Origin: an uncultured delta proteobacterium
GTDB taxonomy: Bacteria; Myxococcota_A; Polyangia; Polyangiales; Polyangiaceae
DNA length: 64,000 nucleotides
NCBI GenBank assembly: GCA_963806225.1
Contig: CAWDXG010000004.1
Span: 3,488,001 to 3,552,000 of the forward strand
Reading direction: 5' to 3'
In this document: positions 61,873 to 64,000 of the stretch, piece after piece
How the letters are laid out: every line of letters starts with the position of its first letter
Position numbering within the stretch: the first letter of the stretch is position 1
Program-made: the position numbers and the translations under genes
Notes under the pieces: model-generated
What the model was told of the DNA's origin: nothing
What the model saw: the letters and a program-made list of their open reading frames with translations, nothing else
The model's database searches: none

Positions 61873-63270
61873 ATGGCTCGCGTCTGCACGCTGTTGCTCG
61901 CGTTCGCGCTCGGCGCATGCTCGGGGACGGACAAGACCGCGTCGAAGCCGGCAAGCGGCGGCACTGCGTGGAAACCGGGCATCGTGCTGCCGAGCACGCA
62001 CGCCACGCTGCGCGGATACATCGACGTGCGCGGTCTGATCCACGCGCACTCGGTCTACTCCCACGACGCCTGCGACAACGCTCCGCGCGATCCGGACACC
62101 GGCGCCATCAACCAGACCTGCTTCGACGATTTCCGCCGCGGCATGTGCCAGTCGCAGCACGACTTCATCATGCTGAGCGATCACAACGACACCTTCGGCG
62201 ACACGCCCTTCCCGGACGTGCTGCTCTACAGGAAGGCTCTCGGCGACCAGCTCATCGAACGCGGCGGCCACCCCGTAGCGAATCGCGCCGCCTGCCCGGA
62301 TGGCGGACATCCGGTGATGCTGCTGGCGGGCACGGAATCGAACACGATGCCGGTGGGGCTCGAAGGGCATCTGCCGGGCAGCGTCGATGCGCGCAAGGCG
62401 GTCTACGGCGATCTGTCGGCGGACGCGATCAACCAGTTCAAGGCGGACGGCGCCGTGGCGCTGGTCGCGCACACCGAGAACTGGACCCTCCAGCAGCTGA
62501 CGGATCTGCCGCTGGACGGCTTCGAGATGTACAACCTGCACGCGAACGCGATTCGCGGCGCGGGCGGCGCGCTGTCGTTGATCACCAAGATCAAAAGGCC
62601 CGACGAGCTTCCCCAGTCGGACCTCGTGCTGCTTCCCATATGGAATGAGGATCCGCGCTACATCCAGACCTGGGGCAGCGTGCTGGCGAGCGGCGCGCAC
62701 CGGGTGACGACGATGGCCACCGACTGCCACCAGAACGCCTTCCCGCAGATCCTGCCGGACGGCGAGCGCATCGACAGCTACCGTCGCATGATGGAGTGGT
62801 TCTCGAACCACTTGCTCGTCAGGCCGAAGCCGGACGGCAGCTGGAACGACCAGGACCTCAAGGACGCCCTGCGCGCCGGACGGCTGTACGGCGCCTTCGA
62901 GGTGATGGGCTATCCCGTGGGCTTCGACTTCCACGCGGTCGAGGGCAAGACGGTGCGGGAAATGGGCGAAGAAGCGTCGCTGGCCAACGGGGTGGAGCTC
63001 GACGTCGTCAAACCGCAAGTGGCGGACCTCGACCCGGCGGTCGACCCGCCGCGCATCACGCTCAGGCTGCTCCGCGCCAGGAGCGGCGGCTGGGACGAGA
63101 TCGCCAAGGGCGAACGGGACCTCGCCGTGAAGGTCACCGAGCCGGGGGCCTACCGGGCGGAAGTGCGCATCCTGCCGCACCACCTGAGGGGATATCTTTC
63201 GAGCTACGCGGACCTGGCGGACCAGGACTTCGTCTGGATCTACTCCAACCCGGTCTACGTCGTGGACTGA
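61873..63270 (+). CDS. PHP-domain metallohydrolase lipoprotein
   Basis: ALGA-C lipobox; HAHSVYSHD, LSDHN, GTE, VAH, GFEMYN and TDCH (PHP metal ligands). Confidence 0.78.
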   Translation: MARVCTLLLAFALGACSGTDKTASKPASGGTAWKPGIVLPSTHATLRGYIDVRGLIHAHSVYSHDACDNAPRDPDTGAINQTCFDDFRRGMCQSQHDFIMLSDHNDTFGDTPFPDVLLYRKALGDQLIERGGHPVANRAACPDGGHPVMLLAGTESNTMPVGLEGHLPGSVDARKAVYGDLSADAINQFKADGAVALVAHTENWTLQQLTDLPLDGFEMYNLHANAIRGAGGALSLITKIKRPDELPQSDLVLLPIWNEDPRYIQTWGSVLASGAHRVTTMATDCHQNAFPQILPDGERIDSYRRMMEWFSNHLLVRPKPDGSWNDQDLKDALRAGRLYGAFEVMGYPVGFDFHAVEGKTVREMGEEASLANGVELDVVKPQVADLDPAVDPPRITLRLLRARSGGWDEIAKGERDLAVKVTEPGAYRAEVRILPHHLRGYLSSYADLADQDFVWIYSNPVYVVD

Positions 63271-63364
63271 CCCGTTGACGCAGCGCGCCAGCGACCCTGG
63301 CGGCCGACCGCCGCCCGCGCGTCCGGGTCCGCCCCGGGGCCGGACGGCAACCGTTGCAGGCGCG

Positions 63365-63394
63365 TTGACAGCGTGGACCGGGCCAGCGTACCGT
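63365..63394 (+). promoter_or_regulatory. Candidate sigma70 promoter
   Basis: TTGACA-N18-TACCGT upstream of RBS GGAGGA and the ATG at 63497. Confidence 0.5.
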
Positions 63395-63496
63395 CCGCCA
63401 ACGTCGAAAACTTGAGGGAATCGTGGGCCTTTCCGCGCCTCGGGTCTCGACACGACGGGTCAGCCGGTGAAACAGCCGCCCTCGGGAGGAATCTGC

Positions 63497-64000
63497 ATGC
63501 TCCGCTCCTCACGCGTCACAGCGTCGCTCATCCGCCACTTGATGCTAGGTACCGCCGCCACCGTGGCCACCGCCACGCTCGCGACCTCGCTCATTGGCTG
63601 CAAGGACGAAAGCCAACCCGGGTACTGGGTCGACAAGCTCCAGGACCAGTCCTGGCGGCCCCGGGCCATCAAGCGCCTCCAGCAGTTCTTCGAGGACGCC
63701 AGTACAAAAGCCGGAGGCGACAACAAGAGCCCTGGAGTGCAGAAGCTCTTGAACAAGATCGCCGTGCCGCTGACCAAGACGTATGTCGATCACTACGCTG
63801 ATCTGGACACCAAGACGCGCGTCACGCTGATCAAGCTGCTCGCGGATCTCCGCGACAAGCGTGCCGAGCCTGCGCTGAAGAAGGCCTTCGAGGAGTTCGC
63901 CAAGCGTCCGGCCACGAGCAAGGACGACCAGGACATCAAGTGGGCGGCTCGCGCGCAGACGGATCTCAAGCTCGATTCGCTCGCGGACCCGCTGCTGCAG
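63497..64000 (+). CDS. Lipoprotein with HEAT-like helical repeats (runs off the window)
   Basis: Open from ATG 63497: MLRSSRV...TSLIG-C-KDESQPGYWVDKL...LIKLLADLRDKRAEPAL; not in the ORF track because it has no stop. Confidence 0.75.
   Translation, partial: MLRSSRVTASLIRHLMLGTAATVATATLATSLIGCKDESQPGYWVDKLQDQSWRPRAIKRLQQFFEDASTKAGGDNKSPGVQKLLNKIAVPLTKTYVDHYADLDTKTRVTLIKLLADLRDKRAEPALKKAFEEFAKRPATSKDDQDIKWAARAQTDLKLDSLADPLLQ

Overview
High-GC chromosomal segment, most likely from a myxobacterium (Myxococcota, Polyangiaceae/Sorangiineae-like). This assignment is inferred from the protein sequences, the Cys-rich lipoproteins and the atypical EF-Tu, not from a database search. The minus strand carries most of the core translation/transcription supercluster. 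In transcription order it runs tRNA-Thr/Tyr/Gly/Thr, tuf, rpmG, tRNA-Trp, secE, nusG, rplKAJL and rpoBC, then rpsL, rpsG, fusA, tuf, the S10 and spc genes, secY and adk. The cluster departs from the usual order in three ways: (i) rplC (L3) is absent between rpsJ and rplD; (ii) an antisense Cys-rich lipoprotein gene with an 18-bp tandem repeat splits the S10 operon between rpsS and rplV; (iii) about 19 kb of accessory DNA separates rpoC from rpsL. That insert holds a compact Tad (type IVc) pilus locus with two intact CpaF/TadA ATPases, one fused to a canonical FHA domain. It also has two further FHA-like membrane proteins, five prepilin-type proteins and no TadZ/CpaE, so it resembles the myxobacterial Kil contact-killing apparatus. 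The right end (50-64 kb) encodes TPR lipoproteins, trmB, a GT-C-like membrane protein, a probable leaderless small ORF and a CbiM/NikM-Q-O metal ECF transporter preceded by phased palindromes. It continues with an aldo/keto reductase, a CysQ-like phosphatase, an FAD oxidoreductase and lipoprotein phosphoesterases. Several single-base frameshifts in essential genes (adk, secY, rplB) look like sequencing or assembly errors. No rRNA, CRISPR array, integrase or transposase was seen.
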